NCBI GenBank assembly: GCA_001004105.1
Contig: LCQK01000001.1
Location: 38,928-102,927 of the forward strand
From: Candidatus Jorgensenbacteria bacterium GW2011_GWB1_50_10
Lineage (GTDB): Bacteria > Patescibacteriota > Minisyncoccia > UBA6257 > GWB1-50-10
Length of the DNA stretch: 64,000 nt
Direction of reading: 5' to 3'
Under the pieces are notes generated by a model, which was not told where the DNA came from, did no database searches, and saw only the letters and a program-made list of their open reading frames with translations. Position 1 is the first letter of the stretch. Every line of letters starts with the position of its first letter. Both the position numbers and the translations under genes were made by a program. Of this stretch, positions 42,465 through 51,462 are shown in pieces.

Positions 42465-45400
42465 ATGCTGAAAAATCTTAAGGAGTTTTCCCTGCCGAAA
42501 ATTGAAGAAAAAGTCCTGGAATTCTGGAAATCCGACCGGATTTTTGAAAAATCGCTTGCCAAGACGAAGCGCGGCAAAAAGTTTGTTTTTTATGAGGGGC
42601 CGCCGACCGCAAACGGCCGGCCGGGGATTCACCACGTTTTGGCTCGCGTTTTCAAGGACATCGTTTTGCGCTACAAGACCATGGCCGGGTTTTACGCGCC
42701 CCGCCGGGGCGGCTGGGACACCCACGGCCTGCCGGTAGAGATAGAAGTGGAAAAATCGCTGGGGTTGAAATCCAAAGCCGAAATAGAAAAATTCGGCATC
42801 GCCGAGTTCAATAAAAAATGCCGCGAATCGGTCTGGAAATACAAAAATGAATGGGAACGCTTCACCGAACGCATCGGTTTTTGGCTGGACCTTAAAAATC
42901 CTTATATTACCTACGAGAATTCCTACATTGAAACGCTCTGGTGGATAATCCAGCAGATCGCCAAGCGCAAGTTGCTCTACAAAGGGCACAAGGTTGTGCC
43001 ATGGTGTTCGCGTTGTGGGACATCGCTTTCTTCGCATGAGATGGCCTTGGGTTACAACGAAGTGGAGGATACGTCGGTGTATGTGAAATTCAAGATTAAA
43101 AATCGTCCGAATACCTACATTCTTTCCTGGACGACGACGCTGTGGACTTTACCTGGGAACGTCGCTCTCGCCGTCGGTGAGAAGATTAAATATTTGGAAC
43201 AGGAAATAAAAGGCGAACGGTTGATTTATGCAAAATATTCTCCGATTGCCAGAGAATTGGGCCAGATAGGAAAAGAATTATCCGGTAAATCTTTAGTCGG
43301 TCTTGAGTACGAGCCGCTTTTTAAAATAAAACCTTTACAAAACGGTAAATCGCATAAAATTTATGCCGCCGATTTTGTGACGACGACCGAAGGCACGGGG
43401 GTGGTCCACACCGCCGTGATGTACGGTGAAGACGACTACAATTTAGGCAAGAAAGTCGGCCTGCCCCAGCACCACACGGTGGATGAGAAAGGAAAGTTCA
43501 CTAAGGACGTGGCCGGTTTTGAGGGAATGTACGTTAAAGCCAAAGAAACCGAGGAAAAAATAGTTAAATATCTTGAGAGAAACGGCAATTTATTGAAGAC
43601 CGAAAAATATCTCCACGAATATCCTTTCTGCTGGCGATGTAACACACCGCTTATCTACTACGCCCGCGATTCCTGGTTTGTGGTGATGAGCAAGCTGCGG
43701 AGCAAACTGCAAAAAGCGAACGGCAAAATAAATTGGATTCCGGCGCACATCAAGACCGGCCGTTTCGGCGAGTGGCTCCGCGAGGCGAAGGACTGGAACT
43801 TTTCCCGCGAAAGGTATTGGGGAACACCCCTGCCGGTTTGGCAGTGCGAAAAATGCGCCGAAGCCAAGGTTATCGGTGGCTTTGATGAGTTGGAAAAACT
43901 GGCAGGCAAAAGCACTAACTGCTACATTTTGGTCCGGCACGGGCAGGCGCAGAGTAATTTAGACCATAAAGTTACTGGCTGGCCTGAGAAAACCAAGGCG
44001 CATCTTACTCTTTTCGGCCGCGTGGAGGTTGAGAAACTGGCCAAGAAACTCGCGAAGACAAAAGTCCATTACATTTATTCTTCGGACCTCACTCGCACAA
44101 AAGAAACCGAACAAATTCTTGCTGACATCTTCAAAGGCGAAAAAGTATATTTTGACGAGAGATTACGGGAGATAAATACCGGCAAGTTCAACGGCTGCCA
44201 CGACAGCGCTTACCACGCTTACTTTACCTCCATACTCGAGAAGTTCACCAAAGTGCCGCCGGGTGGCGAGTCACTCTCGGATTTGCGCAAGCGCCTTTTC
44301 GGATTGATTAGCGAACTTGAAAAGAAACATCAAAACAAAACAATCGTGATTGTGAGCCACGAATATCCGATTTGGATGCTCTGGCAGATGATGACGGGCG
44401 CGAGCAACGATGAGGCGGCTCTCGAGCACGAGCGCCGCGGAGAGGATTTCATCGGCACCGGCGAGGCCGAAGAAATTAAGATGCGCAATCTGCCGCGCGA
44501 TGAGACCGGACTTTTTGACGTTCATAGGCCGTACGTTGATGAAGTTAAATTCGGTTGCGTTAAGCCGCGATGCAACGGGAAGATGAAGCGGGTTAAAGAA
44601 GTGGTTGATGCTTGGTTTGATTCGGGAGCGATGCCTTTTGCGTCAAGCGCGCCAATTCCCGCCGATTACATTTCGGAGGCCGTTGACCAGACGCGCGGCT
44701 GGTTCTACACGCTCCTTGCCGTTGCTGTTTTGATGAACAAAGGTAATCCCTACAGAAACGTGATTTGCTTGGGTCATGTCTTAGACAAATACGGCCGGAA
44801 GATGTCCAAATCCAAAGGAAATGTTGTTGACCCGTGGCAGATGATAGAAAAATACGGGACGGATGCGGTACGGTGGTATCTCTACACCATAAACCCGCCG
44901 GGCGAGCCGAAAAAATTCGACGAGGCGGATTTGGGCAAAGCGCTGCGCCAGACGATATCCCTTATTTACAATTCCTTCGTATTTTTCGAAACCTACGCAA
45001 GTAAAAATACCAGATACCAAATACCAAATACCAAAAATGTTCTGGATAGATGGGTTATTGCGCGCCTTGCCGAAGCCGTCAAAGCGGCGACGGCGGGGAT
45101 GGACAAATACGACGTCGGGGGCGCCGCTCACGCGATTGAGGAATTCGTTTCCGACCTCTCGCGCTGGTACATCCGCCGCTCCCGAAGACGTCTCCAGAAA
45201 CCGGATGGCCAAAAAGATTATAATGCCGCATCAGAGACGCTGGGTTTCGTGCTTTTGGAGCTTTCTAAACTCTTGGCGCCCTTTACGCCGTTTTTTGCCG
45301 AAGCGTTGTACAAGTCATTGGTCATAAATCATGGGTCATCTGTTCACCTAGAAAATTGGCCTAAAATCGTTGGCAAGACCGACAAGAAATTACTAGGGGA

Positions 45401-45887
45401 GATGAAAAACGCCCGCTTGATTGCGAGTTCGGCGCTTGCCAAGCGCGCCGAACTCGGCATTAAAGTCCGCCAACCATTAAACGAATTGAAAATCAAGAAT
45501 CAGGAATTAAAGAGCAAGGAAATAACCGAAATTTTGAAAGATGAGGTGAATGTGAAGAAAATCGCTTTTGACAGGAAATTGAAGGAGGATATTTGGCTTG
45601 ATGCGGAAATTACCCACGAGCTCAAGGAAGAAGGGTGGTTGCGAGAATTGGTGCGGATGATTCAAGGTCTGCGCCAGGACGCGGGACTCACGCCGAAAAC
45701 CCAGATTATCTTGGTAGTGGAGAGCCCCGGCGAGCTGAACCACGTTGTTCAAGCGAATGAAAACCTAATCAAAAAAGAAGTGAACGCCAAAAGCGTGGAA
45801 TACGGCCGTTCCCACAAGTTTGAATCGGAGCTGGAAACGAAAATAGACGACTGGCCGGTTTGGATCGCCTTAAGAAAGCCACTGTAG
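42465..45887 (+). CDS. ileS: Isoleucyl-tRNA synthetase (type 2) carrying an internal ~200 aa histidine-phosphatase-fold (PGM-like) insertion
   Basis: PPTANGRPGIHH (HIGH region), CP1 editing domain (WTTTLWTLPGN), KMSKSKGN; insertion 43905-44510 with RHG motif LVRHGQAQSN, SDLTRTKETE, IVSHEYP. Confidence 0.92.
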   Translation: MLKNLKEFSLPKIEEKVLEFWKSDRIFEKSLAKTKRGKKFVFYEGPPTANGRPGIHHVLARVFKDIVLRYKTMAGFYAPRRGGWDTHGLPVEIEVEKSLGLKSKAEIEKFGIAEFNKKCRESVWKYKNEWERFTERIGFWLDLKNPYITYENSYIETLWWIIQQIAKRKLLYKGHKVVPWCSRCGTSLSSHEMALGYNEVEDTSVYVKFKIKNRPNTYILSWTTTLWTLPGNVALAVGEKIKYLEQEIKGERLIYAKYSPIARELGQIGKELSGKSLVGLEYEPLFKIKPLQNGKSHKIYAADFVTTTEGTGVVHTAVMYGEDDYNLGKKVGLPQHHTVDEKGKFTKDVAGFEGMYVKAKETEEKIVKYLERNGNLLKTEKYLHEYPFCWRCNTPLIYYARDSWFVVMSKLRSKLQKANGKINWIPAHIKTGRFGEWLREAKDWNFSRERYWGTPLPVWQCEKCAEAKVIGGFDELEKLAGKSTNCYILVRHGQAQSNLDHKVTGWPEKTKAHLTLFGRVEVEKLAKKLAKTKVHYIYSSDLTRTKETEQILADIFKGEKVYFDERLREINTGKFNGCHDSAYHAYFTSILEKFTKVPPGGESLSDLRKRLFGLISELEKKHQNKTIVIVSHEYPIWMLWQMMTGASNDEAALEHERRGEDFIGTGEAEEIKMRNLPRDETGLFDVHRPYVDEVKFGCVKPRCNGKMKRVKEVVDAWFDSGAMPFASSAPIPADYISEAVDQTRGWFYTLLAVAVLMNKGNPYRNVICLGHVLDKYGRKMSKSKGNVVDPWQMIEKYGTDAVRWYLYTINPPGEPKKFDEADLGKALRQTISLIYNSFVFFETYASKNTRYQIPNTKNVLDRWVIARLAEAVKAATAGMDKYDVGGAAHAIEEFVSDLSRWYIRRSRRRLQKPDGQKDYNAASETLGFVLLELSKLLAPFTPFFAEALYKSLVINHGSSVHLENWPKIVGKTDKKLLGEMKNARLIASSALAKRAELGIKVRQPLNELKIKNQELKSKEITEILKDEVNVKKIAFDRKLKEDIWLDAEITHELKEEGWLRELVRMIQGLRQDAGLTPKTQIILVVESPGELNHVVQANENLIKKEVNAKSVEYGRSHKFESELETKIDDWPVWIALRKPL

Positions 45888-45892
45888 CTTAT

Positions 45893-45926
45893 CTTCAAAA
45901 ACTCCCATATGGGAGTTTTTGAAGAT
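45893..45926. terminator. Bidirectional intrinsic terminator between convergent ileS and trpS (perfect hairpin TCTTCAAAAACTCCC-ATAT-GGGAGTTTTTGAAGA)
   Basis: 15-bp perfect stem with A/T runs on both sides. Confidence 0.6.
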
Positions 45927-46960
45927 TAAATTAATAAGCCGATTTTGCGCTTTACCTCGTTTATTTTTTTGGAAGCGACAGTATTTGCTTTCTTATTGCC
46001 GACAGCGAGCACTTTTTTGATTTCGGCGGGTTTTAGTTTCTTTTTTCTTTCTTGGAACGGCCGGAGGGCGCGGATTATCACTTCGGCCAGATCCTTTTTG
46101 AATTCGGCATAGCCCTTACCAACATACATTTTTTCGATGGTACTTACCGATTTACCGGAGAGTTCAGAATAAATCAAAAGCAGGTTGCTCACGCCGGGTT
46201 TGTTTTTCACGTCGTATTTTATCTCTTTTCCAGAATCGGTGGTTGCGCGCGTTAATTTTTGTCGGATGATCGCCGGCGAATCGTCCATAAAAAGACAACC
46301 AGCCGGGCGGGATTTCGCCATTTTTTTGGTGGAGTCGTCTAAACTCATAAGACGTGGAACTTTCGTGAGAAGCGGTTTGGGTTCGGTGAAGGTTTTGCCG
46401 TATTTATTGTTGAATTTTCGGACAAGCGTCCGGGCCAGCTCAAGATGCTGGAGCTGGTCGCGCCCTACTGGAACGAATTTCGCGTCGTAGAGAATTATGT
46501 CGGCCGTCATTAGCACGGGGTAAGCTGCAAGGCCAAAATTGCTTTCGTCAACGGCCCTTTCAAAGTCCTCTCTGGTAAAAATTTGACCCTCTTTTAACTT
46601 GAGTGTTTGGATCACTTTTTCTTTAAATGCGGTCATCCGCAGTAGTTCACTGACCGGCGTAAGGGGGCCCAGAATTTCATACAGCTGGAGATGTGCCGAA
46701 ATTTGAGACTGGATGAATAAAGTTGATTTCTTCGGATTGAGTCTGGCCGCTAGAAAGCTCGCCATAAGATCAATGGTGTTTTTCTGCAGATCTTTCGGAT
46801 TCGGGTTTTCGGTGAGGGCATGCATATCGGCAATGAAAAAATAGCACTGGTATTTACCAGAGTTCTGGAGGTCAACGAAATTTTTGAGAGCGCCTAAATA
46901 ATTCCCGAGGTGGAGCTTGCCGGTTGGTTGAATGCCCGAAATTAATATTGGTTTTCTCAT
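45926..46960 (-). CDS. trpS: Tryptophanyl-tRNA synthetase
   Basis: ISGIQPTGKLHLGNYLGA (HIGH-type motif of TrpRS), KMAKS motif, 344 aa. Confidence 0.9.
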   Translation of the reverse strand: MRKPILISGIQPTGKLHLGNYLGALKNFVDLQNSGKYQCYFFIADMHALTENPNPKDLQKNTIDLMASFLAARLNPKKSTLFIQSQISAHLQLYEILGPLTPVSELLRMTAFKEKVIQTLKLKEGQIFTREDFERAVDESNFGLAAYPVLMTADIILYDAKFVPVGRDQLQHLELARTLVRKFNNKYGKTFTEPKPLLTKVPRLMSLDDSTKKMAKSRPAGCLFMDDSPAIIRQKLTRATTDSGKEIKYDVKNKPGVSNLLLIYSELSGKSVSTIEKMYVGKGYAEFKKDLAEVIIRALRPFQERKKKLKPAEIKKVLAVGNKKANTVASKKINEVKRKIGLLI

Positions 46961-46983
46961 AAACTTCTGATTTAAGATTTTCA

Positions 46984-47016
46984 GGTGGTATACTTAAGTA
47001 TACCACCTGGGTTTTT
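46984..47016. repeat. 32-nt element GGTGGTATACTTAAGTATACCACCTGGGTTTT (24-nt perfect palindrome + T-run) 24 nt upstream of trpS; identical copy upstream of tyrS
   Basis: Perfect palindrome GGTGGTATACTT|AAGTATACCACC; 32/32 identity with 61142-61173. Confidence 0.6.
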
Positions 47017-47055
47017 GGAAAAGTTCTGAAAAGTTCGAGAACTTTTAAGTTCCTT

Positions 47056-48813
47056 TTAGACTTCTATCACGACCGGCAAAATCATGGGCCGGCGTTTGGT
47101 TTTATTGTACAGGAACTGGCCGATTTGGTCGCGAATCAGGGATTTCAGGTAATCGGCGTCAATCGGCTGGTGGCGGGGAATGCGGCCGATGATGCCGCGA
47201 ATTTTGCGACGGATTTCATCGAGCATTCCCTGATTTTCCTTGAGGTAGATGAAGCCGCGGGAGATGATATCCGGATTTTTGAGGACCCGGCCGTTCTGGC
47301 GGGAAAGGGTGGCGATAATCACAATCATCCCTTCCTGGGCAAGGGTAATCCGGTCGCGGAGGACCACTTCGCCCACGTCGCCCACGCCCAAGCCGTCAAC
47401 CATCACGTAGAAGACCGGCACCTTTTCATCGGTTACTCTTACCGAATCTTTACGGAACTCAACGACGAGGCCGTTGTCGGCGATGAGAGTGTTCGTGGTT
47501 TCTAGCCCCAGTTCTTCCTGGGCGAGCTGGGCGTTTCTTGAACGCATGAAATAGTAACCGTGAATCGGCAGGAAAAATCTCGGTTTCACAAGCCGCATCA
47601 CCGTTCTCAGTTCCTCCTGTGGCGCGTGGCCCGAGGAGTGGATATCAAGCATCTTGTAGTGGAATATTTTCGCGCCTTGGCGCGCAAGATTATCCTTGAG
47701 ATTCTGAACACTCCTTTCATTGCCGGGCACAATGGAAGAGGAAAGGATAATAGTGTCAGTGTTCTTTACCTTCACGTGGCGGTGTTCGCCGTTTGCAACG
47801 CGCATCAAGGCCGCGTTCGGCTCGCCCTGGGCGCCGGTTGCCAAAATCATAACTTTATCGTCGGGGTGCCTATTCACCTCTTCAATGGGAATGAGCGTGC
47901 CTCTCTGAATTTTCATGTATTTGAGGTTTTGGGCGATTTGGATGTTGGTTTTCATGGAAAAGCCGCTAATCGCCACCCGGCGCTTCAGGTGCTCGGCGAT
48001 TTTGATGATTTCGGCGAGGCGGTCCAAGAGCGAAGAGAAGGTGCCGACGATAATGCGGCCCTCCGCGGCTTTGAAGATTTTCTCCAGTTCTTTTTCCACC
48101 ACCCGTTCGGATAAGGAATAACCCGGGGTTTCGGCGCCGGTTGAATCAAGCATCAGTGTGTGAATGCCTTGCTCGCTTACCCACTTCCAGGTGTCCAAAC
48201 CGCGGGCATGCCCCTCGTTGTCGTAATCAAATTTGAATTCGCCGGGGTGGACGACGTTGCCGATGGGGGTTTTGATTATCATGCCGACGCCTTCGGGAAT
48301 GTTGTGAATGACGTCGAAGAAAGTGGCGGAGAAATTTTCCGAAAGCTTGTGGATTTCGCCGCCCTTTACCATCACGAAATTGGGTTTGGGCGAATGGGGG
48401 AAATCCTCCTGTCGCCTCAAAATTATTTCTTTAGAAATCTGCGTCGTGTAGATTATGGGATTGCCCAGCTTCCCGAGAAGATAGGGAATGGCGCCGATGT
48501 GGTCGTAGTGGCCATGAGTGATGATGAGCGCCTTGATTTTCTCCTTCCGCTCCTCGAGATATGAAACGTTCGGAATGATGTAATCAATGCCGGGCGTTTC
48601 TTCTTCGGGGAACTGCAAGCCGGCGTCAATGATGATAATTTCGTCCCGGTATTCAAAAAACATCATGTTGCGGCCGATTTCTTCCAAGCCCCCCAAAGCC
48701 ACCCAGCGAACCACCGGTTCAGAATCCGCTCCTTCTCTTTTCATTTCAGCCGAAACCGGCCTTCTCGTCCTAGAAAAAGTTCTTCTTTGAGTCAATGCTG
48801 TTTTAGGAGTCAT
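47056..48813 (-). CDS. rnj: Ribonuclease J (MBL + beta-CASP + C-terminal domain)
   Basis: HGHYDHIG motif, beta-CASP motifs, 585 aa; N-terminal region typical of RNase J. Confidence 0.88.
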   Translation of the reverse strand: MTPKTALTQRRTFSRTRRPVSAEMKREGADSEPVVRWVALGGLEEIGRNMMFFEYRDEIIIIDAGLQFPEEETPGIDYIIPNVSYLEERKEKIKALIITHGHYDHIGAIPYLLGKLGNPIIYTTQISKEIILRRQEDFPHSPKPNFVMVKGGEIHKLSENFSATFFDVIHNIPEGVGMIIKTPIGNVVHPGEFKFDYDNEGHARGLDTWKWVSEQGIHTLMLDSTGAETPGYSLSERVVEKELEKIFKAAEGRIIVGTFSSLLDRLAEIIKIAEHLKRRVAISGFSMKTNIQIAQNLKYMKIQRGTLIPIEEVNRHPDDKVMILATGAQGEPNAALMRVANGEHRHVKVKNTDTIILSSSIVPGNERSVQNLKDNLARQGAKIFHYKMLDIHSSGHAPQEELRTVMRLVKPRFFLPIHGYYFMRSRNAQLAQEELGLETTNTLIADNGLVVEFRKDSVRVTDEKVPVFYVMVDGLGVGDVGEVVLRDRITLAQEGMIVIIATLSRQNGRVLKNPDIISRGFIYLKENQGMLDEIRRKIRGIIGRIPRHQPIDADYLKSLIRDQIGQFLYNKTKRRPMILPVVIEV

Positions 48814-48828
48814 ATTTTATTTTTATTG

Positions 48829-48911
48829 TGGGGATGGAGAGATTCGAACTCTCATGGTCTTGCGACCACTGGCTCCTGAAGCCAGCGCGTCTGCCGTTCC
48901 GCCACATCCCC
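48829..48911 (-). tRNA. tRNA-Leu (anticodon CAG), type II long variable arm
   Basis: Hand-folded: acceptor GGGGATG/CATCCCC, anticodon stem CTGGC/GCCAG loop TTCAGGA, variable arm TGGTCGCAAGACCAT, T-loop TTCGAAT; no encoded CCA. Confidence 0.85.
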
Positions 48912-48922
48912 GGCCACACCAT

Positions 48923-50515
48923 TTATTTAACAACCCTCGCCTTAGAGAGATGCCATTCCTCGACTTTTTGGAAGCGGTCCGACGGCTCTACCAGGGGGCG
49001 GTTTTCGTTTTCAAACTGGAACCCGCCCAGGTTTTTGGAATGAACGTAAGTATAAGGCAGGGAAAAAAGGAATACCGCCGGATTGTCTTCCACGATAAAC
49101 TTCTCCGCTTCTTTAGCCAAATCCAGCATTCCATTTTCATCGCTTTGCCTCACTTTTTCTATTAAAGTATCCACCTTTTGATTTTTGTAAAGGGCGAGAT
49201 TCAAGCCCGGATAAAATCTCTCCGACGAATGCCAGAAAGGAAAAAGGTCAAGGGGATTCTCGAGGACGTTGCCGAAAAGAAGAACTTCGTAATTGTTGGT
49301 CTTGACGACGTTCTCCAGTAATTCGTTCGTGGGGAGGGAGATGATATTCACATCCCTCACGCCCGCGGTAAGCCAATCTTCTTTTATTATTCTCGCAGTT
49401 TCTTCAAGGAAATCAACCTGCGGGACGATGAGAGTGAGGGTAATATTTTCTTTCTTTAATTCTTCCGGGTTAAGATTTTCTGATTCCGCGAGCGTCTCGC
49501 CCGCCCCCCATTTTCCCAAAGGCCCATGGACAACCTCGGCCTCATTATGAAAAACCTGCGCGACAATTTCTCTTTTATCAATAGCGAGAGCAAGCGCCCG
49601 ACGGAGCCCATTGTTTTTTAAAGACGAGCTCAAATTTTCATTGAAGAAAAGGGCATAATAACCCGGCATTGGGATTCGATCCACGACCGCGTTCCTGAGC
49701 GGTAAAGAAGCAGTGTCAACTGGTGAGAGAGAACCGAAACCCTGGATTTTGCGCAGGGCGAAATCTTTCATCATTAACTCCCTCGATTCGTAAAAGACGA
49801 AGTAAAAATCTTTGATGAAGGGTTTTGATCCGAAAAAGCGCTCGTTTCTCACTAAGTGATACTCGCTAATGAAGCCGTCTCTCCTTTTGGAGAAATCTTC
49901 CAAACGATAAGGCCCGCTGCCGACCGGCTCCAGATTGTATGAGGAGAGCCGAAAATTGCTCTTAGGAATACCGCCGAAGAGATGGACGGGCAGAACGGGA
50001 AGGCGTTCCATGTTTTCCTTGAAGAAGGCATAAGGCGCGGGCAGGGTGAAAATGACCCGGAGCTCGCTTACGCGCTCGGTGACCACGCCCTTCCAGTTTT
50101 TGGTGAGCGGTGAGCGGGTCGTGGGGTCCTGAACCGTTTCCACCGTGAAAACAACGTCGTCGCTTGTGATGGGCTGATTATTATCCCAAACGATTCCTTC
50201 CCTGAGTTTGACAGTGTATTCGGTGCCGTCCTCCGATACTTCGTAACTTTCCGCCAAGTCCGAAAGGGAGCTGTAAATCAGGGTGCTCAAATCCAGGTCG
50301 GCGGCGTTGTCGGAAATTAGGGGATTTATGGCGACTGGCTGGCCAACCACGCCTTCGCGCCAGGAGCCGCCCGAAACCGCTCGCCAGGCGCTTGAATCAT
50401 CAACCGCAAGCGTGCCGCGGGTAATCGCGGCGAGCGCGAAAAGAACGGCGGCAACCATAAAAGCAGCCCGCTCCTTGCGCGTGAAGGAATCAAAAATCCG
50501 TTTGAAGATAAGCAT
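48923..50515 (-). CDS. ABC transporter substrate-binding protein, family 5 (peptide/nickel type), N-terminal membrane anchor
   Basis: 530 aa, SBP_bac_5-like architecture; no permease/ATPase partners in window. Confidence 0.8.
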   Translation of the reverse strand: MLIFKRIFDSFTRKERAAFMVAAVLFALAAITRGTLAVDDSSAWRAVSGGSWREGVVGQPVAINPLISDNAADLDLSTLIYSSLSDLAESYEVSEDGTEYTVKLREGIVWDNNQPITSDDVVFTVETVQDPTTRSPLTKNWKGVVTERVSELRVIFTLPAPYAFFKENMERLPVLPVHLFGGIPKSNFRLSSYNLEPVGSGPYRLEDFSKRRDGFISEYHLVRNERFFGSKPFIKDFYFVFYESRELMMKDFALRKIQGFGSLSPVDTASLPLRNAVVDRIPMPGYYALFFNENLSSSLKNNGLRRALALAIDKREIVAQVFHNEAEVVHGPLGKWGAGETLAESENLNPEELKKENITLTLIVPQVDFLEETARIIKEDWLTAGVRDVNIISLPTNELLENVVKTNNYEVLLFGNVLENPLDLFPFWHSSERFYPGLNLALYKNQKVDTLIEKVRQSDENGMLDLAKEAEKFIVEDNPAVFLFSLPYTYVHSKNLGGFQFENENRPLVEPSDRFQKVEEWHLSKARVVK

Positions 50516-50517
50516 TT

Positions 50518-50736
50518 TTATTTCGTGATAAAGAGATTAGTGAGGGCAAGCGCTACGAACAGTAGGGCGGCGACAATCGTTCCCCAGTAAACCATTTTTT
50601 CCAAACCGCGCCGGGTGTAATAGGGCGTGGCGCTGCCTCCGCCGCCGAAAAGACCACCCAGACCCTGGCTGCGTTCCTGAATCAAAACGAGAACGATAAG
50701 AATAACCGATATTGCGATTTGAGCGATAAGAAGCAT
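50518..50736 (-). CDS. secG: Preprotein translocase subunit SecG
   Basis: 72 aa, two TM helices separated by Gly-rich loop LGGLFGGGGSA, typical SecG. Confidence 0.7.
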   Translation of the reverse strand: MLLIAQIAISVILIVLVLIQERSQGLGGLFGGGGSATPYYTRRGLEKMVYWGTIVAALLFVALALTNLFITK

Positions 50737-50742
50737 GAAGAA

Positions 50743-51135
50743 TTAGTTACCAGATTTTGTTCCCCAATGGACGAAGAGATTTACGATGCCAAAAAGCAGG
50801 GTAGCAAGAAGGAGTGGTAAGTATCCGTCTATTATAAGCGGTTCGGTCAGTTTGTCAAGAATGAAAAGAGTGGCGGCATTAATGAGGATGGCAAAGAGGC
50901 CGAGGGTGAGGACAATGAATGGGCCGAAGAAAAGCTTCATGATGGGTTTCAAAAACATATTGATGGCGGCGAAAATTACCGCGGCGATGAGAAGTTCAAT
51001 GAAATTGCCGACCCAAATGAAACCCTTGATGAATTCGGAGGCCGCCAGAATGACGATGGCATTTACGATGATATGAATGATGATTCGGCCCAGGAATTTC
51101 ATATTTAAAGAAGTAAAGATTTTATACGAAAACAC
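50743..51135 (-). CDS. YvlD/DUF360 (phage-holin-4-like family) 4-TM membrane protein
   Basis: 130 aa, four hydrophobic helices, family resemblance (IIHIIVNAIVILAASEF...LFILDKL); family is widespread in non-phage contexts. Confidence 0.6.
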   Translation of the reverse strand: MFSYKIFTSLNMKFLGRIIIHIIVNAIVILAASEFIKGFIWVGNFIELLIAAVIFAAINMFLKPIMKLFFGPFIVLTLGLFAILINAATLFILDKLTEPLIIDGYLPLLLATLLFGIVNLFVHWGTKSGN

Positions 51136-51260
51136 GCTATCTATTTCCCCAGCGTGGAAATAGCGCTCGCTCTCGGGCTCGCTCTCTCGCTTCGCTCGAA
51201 CCGTGCCCGCTCGCCCTGCGAGACGGTTTTCTTAACAAAATCTTTACTTCTTTTATTCTA

Positions 51261-51299
51261 TCAAAAAAGGAACACTCCCGGCCGCAGGGGTCGGGAGTG
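51261..51299 (-). terminator. Second intrinsic terminator on minus strand (CACUCCCG-ACCCCUGCGGC-CGGGAGUG + UUCCUUUUUU)
   Basis: 8-bp GC-rich stem followed by U-run on minus strand, ~130 nt downstream of the first terminator and ~130 nt upstream of the next minus-strand gene. Confidence 0.45.
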
Positions 51300-51431
51300 G
51301 TGCTGGGGTCGAGGCGCCCGTGAAACGCGAGTGCCATTTAGGGCTTTTTTTGAAACAGGGAGGTGGACGCTCCTTTCGGTTATGGTGGGTGGCGCCTCGA
51401 CGTTCTGTTTCTATTCTAATGTAAATCTATA

Positions 51432-51462
51432 TAAACGCAAAAGCCCCGTGCTGTGATAGGGG
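51432..51462 (-). terminator. Intrinsic terminator on minus strand (GCCCC-UAUCACAGCAC-GGGGC + UUUUGCGUUU)
   Basis: 5-bp GC stem plus U-run reading the minus strand; lies inside the ORF-free region. Confidence 0.45.

Noticed and set aside
47021-47052. Hairpin AAAAGTTC-GA-GAACTTTT after the rnj stop as a terminator
   Set aside because: Plausible rnj terminator on the minus strand, but the downstream U-tract is weak (CUUUUCC). Kept out of the feature list as too uncertain.
50743-51135. Holin-like gene as evidence for a prophage
   Set aside because: The family (YvlD/DUF360, annotated Phage_holin_4-like) is widespread as a chromosomal housekeeping-context membrane protein. No other phage genes are present (no integrase, terminase, capsid or tail), and the flanking genes are secG and an ABC substrate-binding protein.
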